A DNA stretch of 64,000 nucleotides. Origin: Promethearchaeota archaeon (lineage in GTDB: Archaea; Asgardarchaeota; Lokiarchaeia; Sigyniarchaeales; SOKP01). Shown one piece after another: positions 1 to 10,286 of this stretch. The stretch spans positions 1 to 64,000 of the forward strand of contig JAHLWS010000011.1 of NCBI GenBank assembly GCA_019057795.1, in the 5' to 3' direction. The first letter of the stretch is position 1. Each line of letters opens with the position of its first letter. Made by a program: the position numbers and the translations under genes. A model generated the notes under the pieces. That model was not told the DNA's origin. It did no database searches and was given only the letters and a program-made list of their open reading frames with translations.

Positions 1-177
1 AACTGTATCAAACGCAGTTCGGGATGCGAACGGTTGAAACTCTGGAGATGAGACTTAAACACTATCTTGAGTGCCCTTTTATCATAGTTCCAAGCGTTTT
101 GGAAGAATTAAAAAGTTAGCTATTATTCAAAGATCATACTCATTTTTAAAAAAGAAAAAGAAAAGTTGATTTAATTC

Positions 178-1455
178 TTACTTTATTTCAGCTAAGTCTA
201 CGCCTTTAGTCTCCTTTATAAAAAAATATCCTAAGGGAATTATTCCAAGATTTACTAATACAAAAATAAGAAAAGTAGCACCTAAACCGAATACTAGAAT
301 GGTTAAACTGCTCAATAACAATCCAATAGTTGTACCAATACCCCCTATTAAGCTTCTAAATCCGAGGCCAGTTCCTCTTTTATCAGTTGGCACCAATTCT
401 AACGTAATGAGCCTAATCACGCCCCATAACCCCCAAAAAGCGATATGACTTAAAGCGTAGCCCATAAAGACAATTAGAAACGCACTTTGAGTACTTGTCG
501 CGCCAAATACCCATATAATTACTGATATTGGCAATAAGCACGCCCATAGGTATAATAATGGCCTCCTTCCAATCCTATCAGCTAGTAATCCGTTTATTAG
601 GTATGCAATCATTACTGTGAATATTGTTAAAAAGAAGATAATAGTTACCAGAGTCTGAGAAATTGTTCCCATATCAGCAATATATTTTTCAAATAATCCT
701 ATGAATAGATTTGAAAACCCAAACAAAAAAGAAATGATTAAGATTATTATATAAGGTTTGGAATCATCTATTTGAAAAAGTGATTTTATATCTCCAATAA
801 AGTTTCGAGATTTTTGCTCCTTATTTTCTTTCATTAACTGAAACTTTGAAGATTCTTTAAGGGTGAAATAAATTACAAAGCTTAATGGAATTCCTAAAAT
901 TATCGGAAATAAGGTCATTCCTCTCCAATTAGGGTTTACATCTGTTATAAAAATAAAACGACAGATTACCATTATTATAGCCCCTATTAATCCAGCCATT
1001 AATATGATATTCGAATTAAAAGCTCGTTTATTTGTTTTTGACTCTTCATTAATAATAATCAGCCAAATATCGCTCATAAAGAAAAAGTTCAAGAAAAACC
1101 CAAAAAATACGTACATTACATAATTAACAGATAAAAACATACCTAACGACGCGACACTCATCCCAACAACGGTAATCGCCAACATTAATTTCCTACCAAC
1201 TATATCTACTAAATATTGATTGAAAAATAGAAAATACATTCCTATCGATGTTATACTCCCTGCCAAGGCTATAGTAGAATTAGCTTCATTTGGTGGTAAT
1301 CCACCTAAAAATTCAGCCACAATCAAAGAAGGAATTGAACCGGGATAAATAGTACTATATGTATCAAGTATTTGAACGAGCATCAAGACAAATATTAGAT
1401 ATTTAAAGTAAGATTTTGACCTATTACTTAGATTCTCGTTATTTTTTTCAGTCAT
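178..1455 (-). CDS. Major facilitator superfamily transporter
   Basis: About 12 hydrophobic segments; MFS motif A twice (LVDIVGRK, LADRIGRR); ends in the sugar-porter-like KETKG motif. Confidence 0.85.
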   Translation of the reverse strand: MTEKNNENLSNRSKSYFKYLIFVLMLVQILDTYSTIYPGSIPSLIVAEFLGGLPPNEANSTIALAGSITSIGMYFLFFNQYLVDIVGRKLMLAITVVGMSVASLGMFLSVNYVMYVFFGFFLNFFFMSDIWLIIINEESKTNKRAFNSNIILMAGLIGAIIMVICRFIFITDVNPNWRGMTLFPIILGIPLSFVIYFTLKESSKFQLMKENKEQKSRNFIGDIKSLFQIDDSKPYIIILIISFLFGFSNLFIGLFEKYIADMGTISQTLVTIIFFLTIFTVMIAYLINGLLADRIGRRPLLYLWACLLPISVIIWVFGATSTQSAFLIVFMGYALSHIAFWGLWGVIRLITLELVPTDKRGTGLGFRSLIGGIGTTIGLLLSSLTILVFGLGATFLIFVLVNLGIIPLGYFFIKETKGVDLAEIK

Positions 1456-1601
1456 TTTATCTCAATTTTAATTGTCAATTTTTTTAAAATAAGTTGTTAA
1501 AAATAGATTTGGACTTATTTATTAATAAATGTATAGGATTAAAGTGTCCATCAAAATATTTTTCTCAAAAAATTAAAGCTTAATACTTATAAAAAATAGG
1601 A

Positions 1602-2684
1602 CTATAAAATATTATAAAAGAATGTCATAATTATTCCGCAAAAAATAGGATTTAGAATATTATCGTCTATCTTTAAACTTAATAAATCGATTATTAAAAA
1701 TACAATCCCGCCACTTAAAGATATTACAATTACTTTAAAAGGCAATAAAGCAGGCTCAAACACAAATAACGCAAATAAACTTACACTAAACGAAGCTAAA
1801 AACCCTGCAACATATCCAATTATGGTTTTATTGCTGTTTTTGGGGAAGTGGTGCTTTCCAAAAGCAACTCCTACAAGAGAGGCAAATCCGTCCCCTATAC
1901 TAGTTATTAACGCAGCTGCTGCAAAAATTCCAAACGGCAGAAAAAGTAATAGCACCATTGATAAAATTAACATACCTGTTTTTGTAAACTCGTAGATTTC
2001 ATTACGCCTTAAAGCCTTTATTAACAGATTTGACAGACTATCCGGCAATAGATGATATATATTCCGATTTTCAAATATATAGGATAAGCGAATTAAATCC
2101 AAAGCAGCAAATAAAATTACCCCCGCATAACCAATTGTTAGAATTAAAAACATCCCATAATCATGCCCTGAAATGCCCCACACTTGATCTGCGTGCAATA
2201 CACCCTCCCATATGTGGACTGAAAAATTATATAATATAATTATTACTCCAGCAGGAAGTAAATGAAACAATTTTCTGTGAAAATCGGTTCTCAAGGAATA
2301 GGATTTGTTATTATTCTGCTTTATGTTAGTTAATTCGTATTTTTCGAGAAATTTTGCGAGCGTGCGATTTTGTTTGAGGTACGGTCTATCTTTTAACACG
2401 ACACGATGCTGATATATTAATATTGAAAATATTAATAAGAGAGAAAAAATACAAATAATACTCATGGAAAACGACTGGTGGAATCTTACATGTTCATTAT
2501 CTTCCATATAAAAAAAGGGGTACATAATTCCGGTAACAATCCATAATAAAACAACGATAAATGAATTGTAAAAATTATGCTCCTTAGGAAACATTCTTTT
2601 TAATTTAATGGCGTAAAATAATTGACTAAGTCCCATTACAATAAATAAAATCGTTATGGGCAATGTGATTATTGTAAAAACCAT
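1602..2684 (-). CDS. CTP-dependent polyprenol/phytol/dolichol (DGK1-like) kinase family membrane protein
   Basis: RKLFH, GDGFASLVG..FGK, KTIIG and DDNILNP motifs; multiple TM helices. Confidence 0.75.
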   Translation of the reverse strand: MVFTIITLPITILFIVMGLSQLFYAIKLKRMFPKEHNFYNSFIVVLLWIVTGIMYPFFYMEDNEHVRFHQSFSMSIICIFSLLLIFSILIYQHRVVLKDRPYLKQNRTLAKFLEKYELTNIKQNNNKSYSLRTDFHRKLFHLLPAGVIIILYNFSVHIWEGVLHADQVWGISGHDYGMFLILTIGYAGVILFAALDLIRLSYIFENRNIYHLLPDSLSNLLIKALRRNEIYEFTKTGMLILSMVLLLFLPFGIFAAAALITSIGDGFASLVGVAFGKHHFPKNSNKTIIGYVAGFLASFSVSLFALFVFEPALLPFKVIVISLSGGIVFLIIDLLSLKIDDNILNPIFCGIIMTFFYNIL

Positions 2685-2749
2685 GGTATTCTAGATAAAA
2701 AATAATCGATATAAAAAATAATTTGTGGAATTAGTTTAAGTTAAAATTT

Positions 2750-3259
2750 TTATCCTCCTCCGATGGGAGGAAAAATTGCGATTGTATCTTTATCTTTAAT
2801 AACTAAATTTCTGTCGTATCGAGGTAAGCCATTAACCATGAAAATTAATTTCTTTTCCTCATTAGGAATCTTAACTTTTTTCAAGACAGATTTAATTGTA
2901 CTTCCTTCAGGAATTTCAATAACTGATTTAGGAACGCCGTATTTTCTTAAGTTTGCAAAGAGTTTAACTGTTACATAAATAGAATTAAGGTGTGGTATTT
3001 CGACGAACATTAACGCCATTTTCTTAGGGAACAAGCCTACCCGATCTCCATCTCTGACTTCTTTCCCGGGTCCACAATACTGGCCATTTACAAAAATATG
3101 GCTAATTTCGTTACCTTCAATATTGAATTTGTCAAGAATATCAAGGATAGTATGTATCTCATTACCTTCAATGTTTAATGTAATAGGGAACCCTTTCTCT
3201 AAATCGGTATCTTTTACTTTTTCCCTCAAATTTCCATATAACTTTATCAAAATCGACAT
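2750..3259 (-). CDS. Tandem double MoaD/ThiS (SAMP-like ubiquitin-fold) protein
   Basis: Two similar halves (IKLYGNLRE..FVNG..DGDRVGLFP and VKLFANLRK..MVNG..DKDTIAIFPPIGGG); C-terminal di-glycine on the second half only. Confidence 0.8.
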   Translation of the reverse strand: MSILIKLYGNLREKVKDTDLEKGFPITLNIEGNEIHTILDILDKFNIEGNEISHIFVNGQYCGPGKEVRDGDRVGLFPKKMALMFVEIPHLNSIYVTVKLFANLRKYGVPKSVIEIPEGSTIKSVLKKVKIPNEEKKLIFMVNGLPRYDRNLVIKDKDTIAIFPPIGGG

Positions 3260-3363
3260 CTTGTTAGCGTACCCATTAAATCAACAAGTAAAATAAGATA
3301 AAAACGTTAGCTTTATGTTTTAAAAGAAAATATTAAAAATTAAAATTGAAAAATAAAACTTTT

Positions 3364-3651
3364 TTATAAGCCTAATAATAAAATTTGATCTATAAAATCA
3401 TGAACTTTTTTCAAGTTCTCTTCTCCAAGCGATTTGTCTACTTGGAGTTTTAGATCCAAAATTGTACTCAAAGCTTGTACTACTGTGTTTTGTACGGAGC
3501 TATTAAATTGACTCTTTGTTTGGTTTTGTTCCTTAAAATATTCAACTCGATTCAACATTGCGTCTTGATATTCTTTTGCCATATCTGTTTTTAACGAGAC
3601 TAGCTTACGCAGCTTTAACCCATCTTTAGTTTCAACAATTTCATCAACCAT
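3364..3651 (-). CDS. Hypothetical helical protein, co-oriented and 19 bp downstream of the radical SAM gene
   Basis: 95-aa ORF with GGTGA Shine-Dalgarno motif 7 nt before the ATG. Confidence 0.65.
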   Translation of the reverse strand: MVDEIVETKDGLKLRKLVSLKTDMAKEYQDAMLNRVEYFKEQNQTKSQFNSSVQNTVVQALSTILDLKLQVDKSLGEENLKKVHDFIDQILLLGL

Positions 3652-3670
3652 CTTTTTGTCACCTAGTTTT

Positions 3671-5404
3671 TTATTCCTCCTTTTTTATTCCTCCGTTTTG
3701 AGCCACTTCTTGTTGAATTACGTCTTTTAATTGTCCCGTGGTTGTATCGAATTCTTCCCTAACTTTTTGGGTAACATTTTTTGCTACTTGTTTTTCAATG
3801 CTCTCCCGGTGTAATGTATTCATAGTACAAAATGGAATCTCTTTAATGGTCCCATCCGGCATTGCTACTCCAAAATGAACGATACATCTTTTTGTTCTTT
3901 CAATATCCATGTTATAAGCATCCTGGAAGTGCATGCTGGAAAGCAATAGCGTACCATGTGTGAACGAACTAATGCTTTCCCAATCGGCGTTCATAAGCAG
4001 ACGGGAGAACATCTCCATAAGTTTACCCGGTTTTTTCGTATATTGTAGCATCCCAAGTAGAAATCTTGCTCTAAGTTGCGTTTTGTCAAGAAATTCTAAA
4101 CCACTATCTAAAGTTTTACCGGCATCTCCTAATAAGTTTTCAAAGAATTTAATGGGTTGTTTCTCTCTGTGCTTCACTTTTTCCCAGAATCGATTAGCAA
4201 AGTCGATTATATTTAATGGGTCAAAGTAGTCCATTATTGGAACCATCTCGCTAGTGTCAGGATCGACCACTAGATATGTTGCAAATCCACAATCAGGATG
4301 ACAGGTGAACTCTATAGGTTCAACATCAGAAAGATATGCGACAATTCTACCAAATTCCACGATAGTTGTTAATGGATACCAAGCTTCGTCCATCCTAATT
4401 TTACCACCGGTCTGATTTTCGATTTCTTGGATGACATCTGCGTTTGTAATTCTTAACTCTTGCATCTCTTCTGACGAAATTCTACCACACAAAGAAACCG
4501 GTTGGAACGTAATTCCACGTATAACATCAATATTATCAAGAGAAAATTGGATTATGTTGCCTACTTCAATGTCCGTGATCCCCCTAACAATTGTAGCTAC
4601 TAAATTAATGGACGATAGACCAGCTTTTCGGCAATTTTCAACAACCCGCATTTTATATGGCATTAAGTTTTTTATCCCACGAGTCTTCTCGTAAGTTGCG
4701 TTATTTATGCCATCAAATTGAAGATATAGAGTGTCTAAACCCATTTCGAAAACTTTTTTAGTCCATTCAAGTCCACCTTTTTTACGGCTAAATCCGTAGC
4801 CGTTGGTAGCAACGATTACCTCTTTAAAACCGTGGTCTTTAGCCATTTTACAAATCTCAGGAAAATCCTTTCTTACAGTAGGTTCTCCGCCGGTGAACAT
4901 TATAGCTGGTGCAGGCAAAGGCTTGCTTCTAAAATGTTTCATAATTCTGTCGATCTCTTCTAATGAAGGTTCCACTAAATAACCTGATTTCTGTACGTTA
5001 GCATAGCAGAAGTTGCAGTTGAAATTGCATCGATTAGTCAAGTCAATTAAAGCCAGGGAGCATGTTGATAGATGTTCTGTGCAAAGACCACAGTTATAAG
5101 GACATCCTCTTGGATCTTCAGGTGAACAATCTGCTGGATTGGCCTCTCCGTTCTTCTCAAACTGCCAAACGACATTTCCATCTTTGTCTTTCTTTTGATA
5201 GTGAGTCCATTTGTAATATTTTGCGTTTGAGCTTATTAGATCCTTGAAATCACCGTGTTCAGGGCATGATTTACACATATATATTTGCCCGTCATCTTCT
5301 TCTTGAATTACTGCCGGTATCCGTTCTAGACACTCTGGACATACGCTGACAGTCTTTCTAAAATATTTTTCATTTAAATAATCTGTTCCATCTAAATGGT
5401 ACAT
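3671..5404 (-). CDS. tes: Radical SAM tetraether lipid synthase (Tes / GDGT-MAS, MJ0619-like)
   Basis: N-terminal CPEC...CPEHG metal site, CPYNCGLC..H cluster, radical SAM CNFNCNFC, internal CHPDC, C-terminal RC..H...IPFC..N. Confidence 0.8.
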   Translation of the reverse strand: MYHLDGTDYLNEKYFRKTVSVCPECLERIPAVIQEEDDGQIYMCKSCPEHGDFKDLISSNAKYYKWTHYQKKDKDGNVVWQFEKNGEANPADCSPEDPRGCPYNCGLCTEHLSTCSLALIDLTNRCNFNCNFCYANVQKSGYLVEPSLEEIDRIMKHFRSKPLPAPAIMFTGGEPTVRKDFPEICKMAKDHGFKEVIVATNGYGFSRKKGGLEWTKKVFEMGLDTLYLQFDGINNATYEKTRGIKNLMPYKMRVVENCRKAGLSSINLVATIVRGITDIEVGNIIQFSLDNIDVIRGITFQPVSLCGRISSEEMQELRITNADVIQEIENQTGGKIRMDEAWYPLTTIVEFGRIVAYLSDVEPIEFTCHPDCGFATYLVVDPDTSEMVPIMDYFDPLNIIDFANRFWEKVKHREKQPIKFFENLLGDAGKTLDSGLEFLDKTQLRARFLLGMLQYTKKPGKLMEMFSRLLMNADWESISSFTHGTLLLSSMHFQDAYNMDIERTKRCIVHFGVAMPDGTIKEIPFCTMNTLHRESIEKQVAKNVTQKVREEFDTTTGQLKDVIQQEVAQNGGIKKEE

Positions 5405-5627
5405 TTAAATTTACACCAATTTAAGAATACTAATTGAACAAAAATTGGATTTAGGTTATTTAAATAAAATCAGATTTTTAATATTCCCTTCAATCTTATT
5501 AATAATCTTAAAGTTAGTAATAAGTTTTAAAAACTTAGATCGTAGCCCCTTCAGCTATTTTATTAGATGTATTTAGAAATAGAAAAGCTTATTCAAATTC
5601 TGTTCTTACAAAATTATTTTAATGAGA

Positions 5628-7016
5628 TTAAGAATATTTTTTCGTTAGTGAGTTAGTCAACTCTCTTAATTTTTTAGAAATTTTTAATTTAAAAACATGA
5701 TTTTCATCTAATGTTTTGTATTCGTCTGGTAATTTTTTAATATTCTTCAGATAGTACTGTTGAATTTCCATTAATTGGGGTATCTTGCTAATTAAGATTC
5801 CTTTTTCCATCATTGGAATTAATAGAGCCTCTGAATTCGGTGGCGCATCGTCGTCGTCTAACATTAAAATGTCTTCTTTGAATACTCCTTGCTCGTTATA
5901 AATCCTGTAAATTTGTTTCTTTCCGGGGTAAGTTAATTTTTCTTCGCTTATTTTAATTTTAGGTCGACCATTATATTCTATTAGCTTGTACACGCCTGCA
6001 ATAGTTGGATCGTCCCTAGATGTTGTTAATTCGGTTCCCACGCCAAATGCATCAATAGGAGTGTTGTTATCAATAATTTGTTTAATCTTATACTCGTTTA
6101 AATCAGAACTTGCAACGATTATAACTTCTTTACAACCATTTTCGTCTAAAATCTTGCGAACTTTTTTTGCGTGCTCAATGAGATCACCTGAGTCTATTCT
6201 TACCCCTTTTATGTTGTTCTCGTATTTACACGCGGTTTTTGCTGCTTTTTCGGTGTCGTAAGTATCAATTAAAAGTATTGAGTTCTTCCCATAAATTTTG
6301 TAATATAAATCGAAACTCTCTTTCTCATCATCAAATCGTTGGACAAAACTGTGAGCCATTGTTCCGCTAGATTTAATATCCAACTCGAGGTCGGCAACCA
6401 CGTTACTCGTACCGTTAAAACCTGCTATATAGCTAGCTCTTGCCGCGTAAACACCTGCGAGAGGACTGTGAGATCTTCTAGTACCGAATTCAAGAAGAAC
6501 CTTATCTTGAGCAACAGTTTTTATTCGAGACGCTTTAGAGGCCACAATAGTTTGGTAATTAATGATATTCAACAAATATGTTTCTGCTAATTGAGCGTGG
6601 AACATAGGCCCTTGAACTTTCATAATGGGCTCTTGGGGGAAGAAAAAATTCCCTTCTTTCATTGCCCACACATCTAATTTAAACTTGAAGTTAGGCAAAT
6701 AATCGTCAAAAAAGCTGGAATCGATGTTTTTAAAAACTTCTTTTTGTCTCAAGAAATTAATTGTCTTTTCAGTAAATCTGGCGTTTTTTAAGTAATAAAT
6801 CGCTTGTTCTAAACCGGCGAAAATTAAGTAATTGCGATTTTTAGGATATTTTCTAATAAAAAGATCAAAAACTGCGATATCGTTTTCATCATTTCTACTA
6901 TTCTCTAAATTATCTTGATAATAAGCTGCCCCCATAGTTAATTGATAAAAGTCTGTAGCAAGGACCAAGTTAATATCGTTTATAAAACCAGATTTTGGCT
7001 CTCTCATTATTTTCAT
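5628..7016 (-). CDS. pncB: Nicotinate phosphoribosyltransferase
   Basis: TDFYQLTM, EFGTRR, GTMAHS, LIDTYD, RIDSGD, FGVGT, YKL motifs. Confidence 0.95.
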   Translation of the reverse strand: MKIMREPKSGFINDINLVLATDFYQLTMGAAYYQDNLENSRNDENDIAVFDLFIRKYPKNRNYLIFAGLEQAIYYLKNARFTEKTINFLRQKEVFKNIDSSFFDDYLPNFKFKLDVWAMKEGNFFFPQEPIMKVQGPMFHAQLAETYLLNIINYQTIVASKASRIKTVAQDKVLLEFGTRRSHSPLAGVYAARASYIAGFNGTSNVVADLELDIKSSGTMAHSFVQRFDDEKESFDLYYKIYGKNSILLIDTYDTEKAAKTACKYENNIKGVRIDSGDLIEHAKKVRKILDENGCKEVIIVASSDLNEYKIKQIIDNNTPIDAFGVGTELTTSRDDPTIAGVYKLIEYNGRPKIKISEEKLTYPGKKQIYRIYNEQGVFKEDILMLDDDDAPPNSEALLIPMMEKGILISKIPQLMEIQQYYLKNIKKLPDEYKTLDENHVFKLKISKKLRELTNSLTKKYS

Positions 7017-7022
7017 CTTAAA

Positions 7023-7988
7023 TTAAATTTTTGAAAGTTTGGTAACTCTTTTCAAAATTAAACCCCAAAAATTATCTTTTTTTACGCCGCCACTGCATGT
7101 TATTTTATCTCCGACCTTAAATTCAACCTTCTCGTAAGCATTATCGCTGACCCTTATTTTTAACTCATTGACCTTAATAGTATCCTCTTCGTGATAATCC
7201 TTAGTTTTCTTTAATTGAGGTCCAATTTTCACATCTTTTAGAGAAACTATATAGTAAATAGTTACATTACCTTGAAAATCAGATTCTCTTTCCAAAATTT
7301 CAGTAATCTCCCCTTTATAAACTGTGATTCTACTGTTGAGATATTTCAACAACGAATAATCGGCTGAACTTTCGTCAACCATGCTTAAAGCTTTTCCTGA
7401 CCCCTTAGTTTTATCTCCGGAAGTTGTTGTCGTAGAAATTTTTATCGTTACGATTTTTTTTTCGAAATCTTTTGGTAAGACAGTTAATTTCCAATCTGAT
7501 AATTTAAAATAATTTTCTTTGAGCGAAAAGATTAAACCGACCCAAAAGTGACTACAAAGCCCCATATTTGAGCCTATTCTACAATCGCAGTCGCGTTCAG
7601 GGTCGCCAATATTTTCTGGCGTTATAGATAAATAGGATGAAACCTCCCAGTTAAAGCCCTTGAATAACAATTCGATTTCGTGGTTTTTTTCATTAACTAT
7701 CTTTATAGCATTTATTGTTTCGCGATAGTTACCATTTATTATTTTGATTGCTATCTGAATTTCGTTCGAAATAATTTCTAACTCTTTTTGCTCCACTAAT
7801 TCTTTAAGTTCTTCTTCTGCTAACGAATCAAGTATGAAACCAACTAGCTCTGTTTTTTTGAGTTTTGAATACCCTTTTAATTCAAAATCCCTGCACATTT
7901 GCTTCAAGTCGTTAACGTTTAAAGATTGAAGTAAATAATTCAAATAAATTTTATCGTCTAATTTTTTGCTCAAAATTTTCCTACTCAA
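7023..7988 (-). CDS. SAP/Rho-N-like + SWIM zinc finger + OB-fold-like protein
   Basis: N-terminal LKQMCRDFELKGYSKLKKTELV helix-extension-helix; CDC-x8-CSH SWIM motif; beta-rich C-terminus with VGDKITCSG. Confidence 0.6.
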   Translation of the reverse strand: MSRKILSKKLDDKIYLNYLLQSLNVNDLKQMCRDFELKGYSKLKKTELVGFILDSLAEEELKELVEQKELEIISNEIQIAIKIINGNYRETINAIKIVNEKNHEIELLFKGFNWEVSSYLSITPENIGDPERDCDCRIGSNMGLCSHFWVGLIFSLKENYFKLSDWKLTVLPKDFEKKIVTIKISTTTTSGDKTKGSGKALSMVDESSADYSLLKYLNSRITVYKGEITEILERESDFQGNVTIYYIVSLKDVKIGPQLKKTKDYHEEDTIKVNELKIRVSDNAYEKVEFKVGDKITCSGGVKKDNFWGLILKRVTKLSKI

Positions 7989-8022
7989 TTTATTATTAGT
8001 TATTTCTATGTTGTCTGATTAA

Positions 8023-8143
8023 TTTTAATTTCCCTTTATTTATAAATTCCTAAAAATATCTCTATTTTATCTGTAAATTTACAGCCTCTCATTGCTGTAA
8101 AATTCAATAGAATAAAAATTAATTTCATGAAGGGAAATTAAAA
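8023..8143. repeat. Nested inverted repeats forming a long imperfect hairpin
   Basis: TTTTAATTTCCCTT (8023-8036) pairs with AAGGGAAATTAAAA (8130-8143); TCTATT pairs with AATAGA; TTTACAGC (8078-8085) pairs with GCTGTAAA (8094-8101); palindrome CTGTAAATTTACAG at 8071-8084. Confidence 0.55.
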
Positions 8144-8560
8144 ATAACATGTTATCTTTCAATAAATCATATTTTCTTATTTAATTGTGATTATCTAAAT
8201 ACTATTATTACTTAGTTTTTAGCTTAAATTAATGAAAAAAGAACATTTAATTAAATTAATATTTAATATTGATTGATGAAATATAAAAAACTATCTTTAT
8301 CCCAAAATTTCATTTCCAGTTTAGAAAAAGAGGAATTATTAAAATTATTTTTATTATCGAAAAAAGAAAAACTAATTATCAAATTCTTTAATTGATTACT
8401 GATTTCTTACAGAGATCAAAAACGAAAAAGTGGGAAAACTTTCGGAAAATAAGTTTTTCATAACTTTACGCTTAGGAATACAACCATAACATTTAAAAAT
8501 AAACATATCCATTAATGATCTAATCAAGTTTTATTTGTATAGAAAAGTATTTAATTAAAA

Positions 8561-8782
8561 GTGATAGTAAAAATGAGTGATAGTACACCAGAATATTTGA
8601 AATTCTTTGGTGAAATTAAATTCGCAGAAGAGAAAAGTTTAAGCGCAAGCGATTTTGAAAGCTCTCTTAAGAGTTATTTTTCGAAAGAGAAAAGACTTCC
8701 ACAAGGGCGCTATAAATTTGCTGAACTTAACAATTCTAGTATTAAGGATTTCGAAGATTCCTTCTATAGTTATTTTGAATAA
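8561..8782 (+). CDS. Small hypothetical protein (likely ATG start at 8573); may be a remnant
   Basis: Coding-like composition in an otherwise very AT-rich gap. Confidence 0.45.
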   Translation: MIVKMSDSTPEYLKFFGEIKFAEEKSLSASDFESSLKSYFSKEKRLPQGRYKFAELNNSSIKDFEDSFYSYFE

Positions 8783-8841
8783 AGAATTAAAGATTTTTTT
8801 TAAAATTCTCTTTATATTTTAATTTTTATTTATATTCTCAT

Positions 8842-9075
8842 TTATTTCATCATTTGATACTCGTTATCAAAAACCTTATTTACTAATTGGCAGCCCCTAT
8901 TATCGTTATTTTCAGAACTAAACAAACAACGAGTTTTAATATCCCCTTTTTTGTTAGAGTATTTCATACAACCCCAACACTGACCCTTTGCGAGGCTAAA
9001 CTTTTTTTTGCGGTTACGTTCTCTTATTAATTCACAGATTTCTAAAGCTATATCTTCGGGAATAATTTCTTTCAT
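8842..9075 (-). CDS. Small Cys-rich hypothetical protein
   Basis: C, CWGC, C, C pattern; AGGTGA Shine-Dalgarno motif upstream. Confidence 0.65.
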   Translation of the reverse strand: MKEIIPEDIALEICELIRERNRKKKFSLAKGQCWGCMKYSNKKGDIKTRCLFSSENNDNRGCQLVNKVFDNEYQMMK

Positions 9076-9257
9076 TAATTATTTCACCTATTTTAACTTG
9101 ATTTGTTAAAGTATTATTTAAGACTAAATAAAAATTCATTAGTCTGAAAATTGTGTATAATAATTGTAATTTTAAATATAAGGCTTTAATTTATAATCAA
9201 AGAAAATCAATTGAAATTAAAGTACTTGTTAAAAGATAATTATTTTGGTCAAATATT

Positions 9258-10103
9258 ATGGAATTATTTAGTATTGGCGAGGAGAATTTCGTCGAAACGA
9301 ACGGTGTAAAACTCCATACAGTTATAATCGGGGAAGGTGAGCCTTTAATCTTGCTTCACGGATTTCCAGATTTTTGGTTTGGTTGGAAAAACGTAATTCT
9401 TGGGCTCAAAAAGGATTATAGGCTAATTATCCCTGATATGCGCGGCTATAACTTATCTGACAAACCTGAAGGCGTTAATAATTATAAAATGGAAGTTTTA
9501 GTTGAGGATATTAAAGGATTAATTGAGACTTTAAACTTAGGTGGCGTTTTTCTTGCAGGACACGATTGGGGCGGCGTAGTAGCGTGGGCATTCGCTGAAA
9601 AATATCCGAAATTATTACGAAAGTTAGCAATTTTAAATGCTCCTCACATGAAGATATTCCAAGAAAGGTTGCGTTCAGATAAAAAACAACAAAAAGCTAG
9701 TTTTTACATCTTTGAATTTCTTAAACCCGATGGAGAAAAATTTCTTTTTAAGGACGATTTTAAGTGGTTAAAATTCGCCGTTTTTGAAGGGTTGATAAAT
9801 AAAAAAGGTTTTACTGATTTTGACAAGAAAAAATATTTAGAAGCGTGGGCAAAACCAGGCGCAATTTTAGGAGGGGTGAATTATTACAGAGCTAACGTAA
9901 GTTTTAGCGATTGGACAGGGAAAATAACAGTCCCCACTTTAGTCATCCATGGAATGAAAGATATAGCCGTGTTACCGTCGGTCTTGGATGGACTACCTGA
10001 TTATGTAGCCAACCTAAAAATTGTCCGTGCTGAAAATTCTTCACATTGGGTTATGCACGATGAGCCCGAGTTAATTATTTCATCATTTAAAGAATTTTTC
10101 TAA
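9258..10103 (+). CDS. Alpha/beta hydrolase, epoxide hydrolase-like
   Basis: HGFP oxyanion motif, PDMRGYN, GHDWGG nucleophile, NYYR, C-terminal SHW. Confidence 0.9.
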   Translation: MELFSIGEENFVETNGVKLHTVIIGEGEPLILLHGFPDFWFGWKNVILGLKKDYRLIIPDMRGYNLSDKPEGVNNYKMEVLVEDIKGLIETLNLGGVFLAGHDWGGVVAWAFAEKYPKLLRKLAILNAPHMKIFQERLRSDKKQQKASFYIFEFLKPDGEKFLFKDDFKWLKFAVFEGLINKKGFTDFDKKKYLEAWAKPGAILGGVNYYRANVSFSDWTGKITVPTLVIHGMKDIAVLPSVLDGLPDYVANLKIVRAENSSHWVMHDEPELIISSFKEFF

Positions 10104-10286
10104 TTTTTTGCCGCTTAATCTTCACTTCAATTACTTAAATTTAATTTTGATAAAACTAATCTTTTATAATGTCCATTAATGTTTCAATATTTCGATTTAA
10201 TATAACAAAAAGCATAGATTTAAATGTTTATGTTTTTTGTTAAAAAATATAAGATAAAGGTTATTATATTATATTAATAGAAAAAC

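Noticed and set aside
1-120. Relatively GC-rich stretch at the window edge (RNA gene, riboswitch or IS end?)
   Set aside because: No cloverleaf or recognisable motif; truncated by the window boundary.
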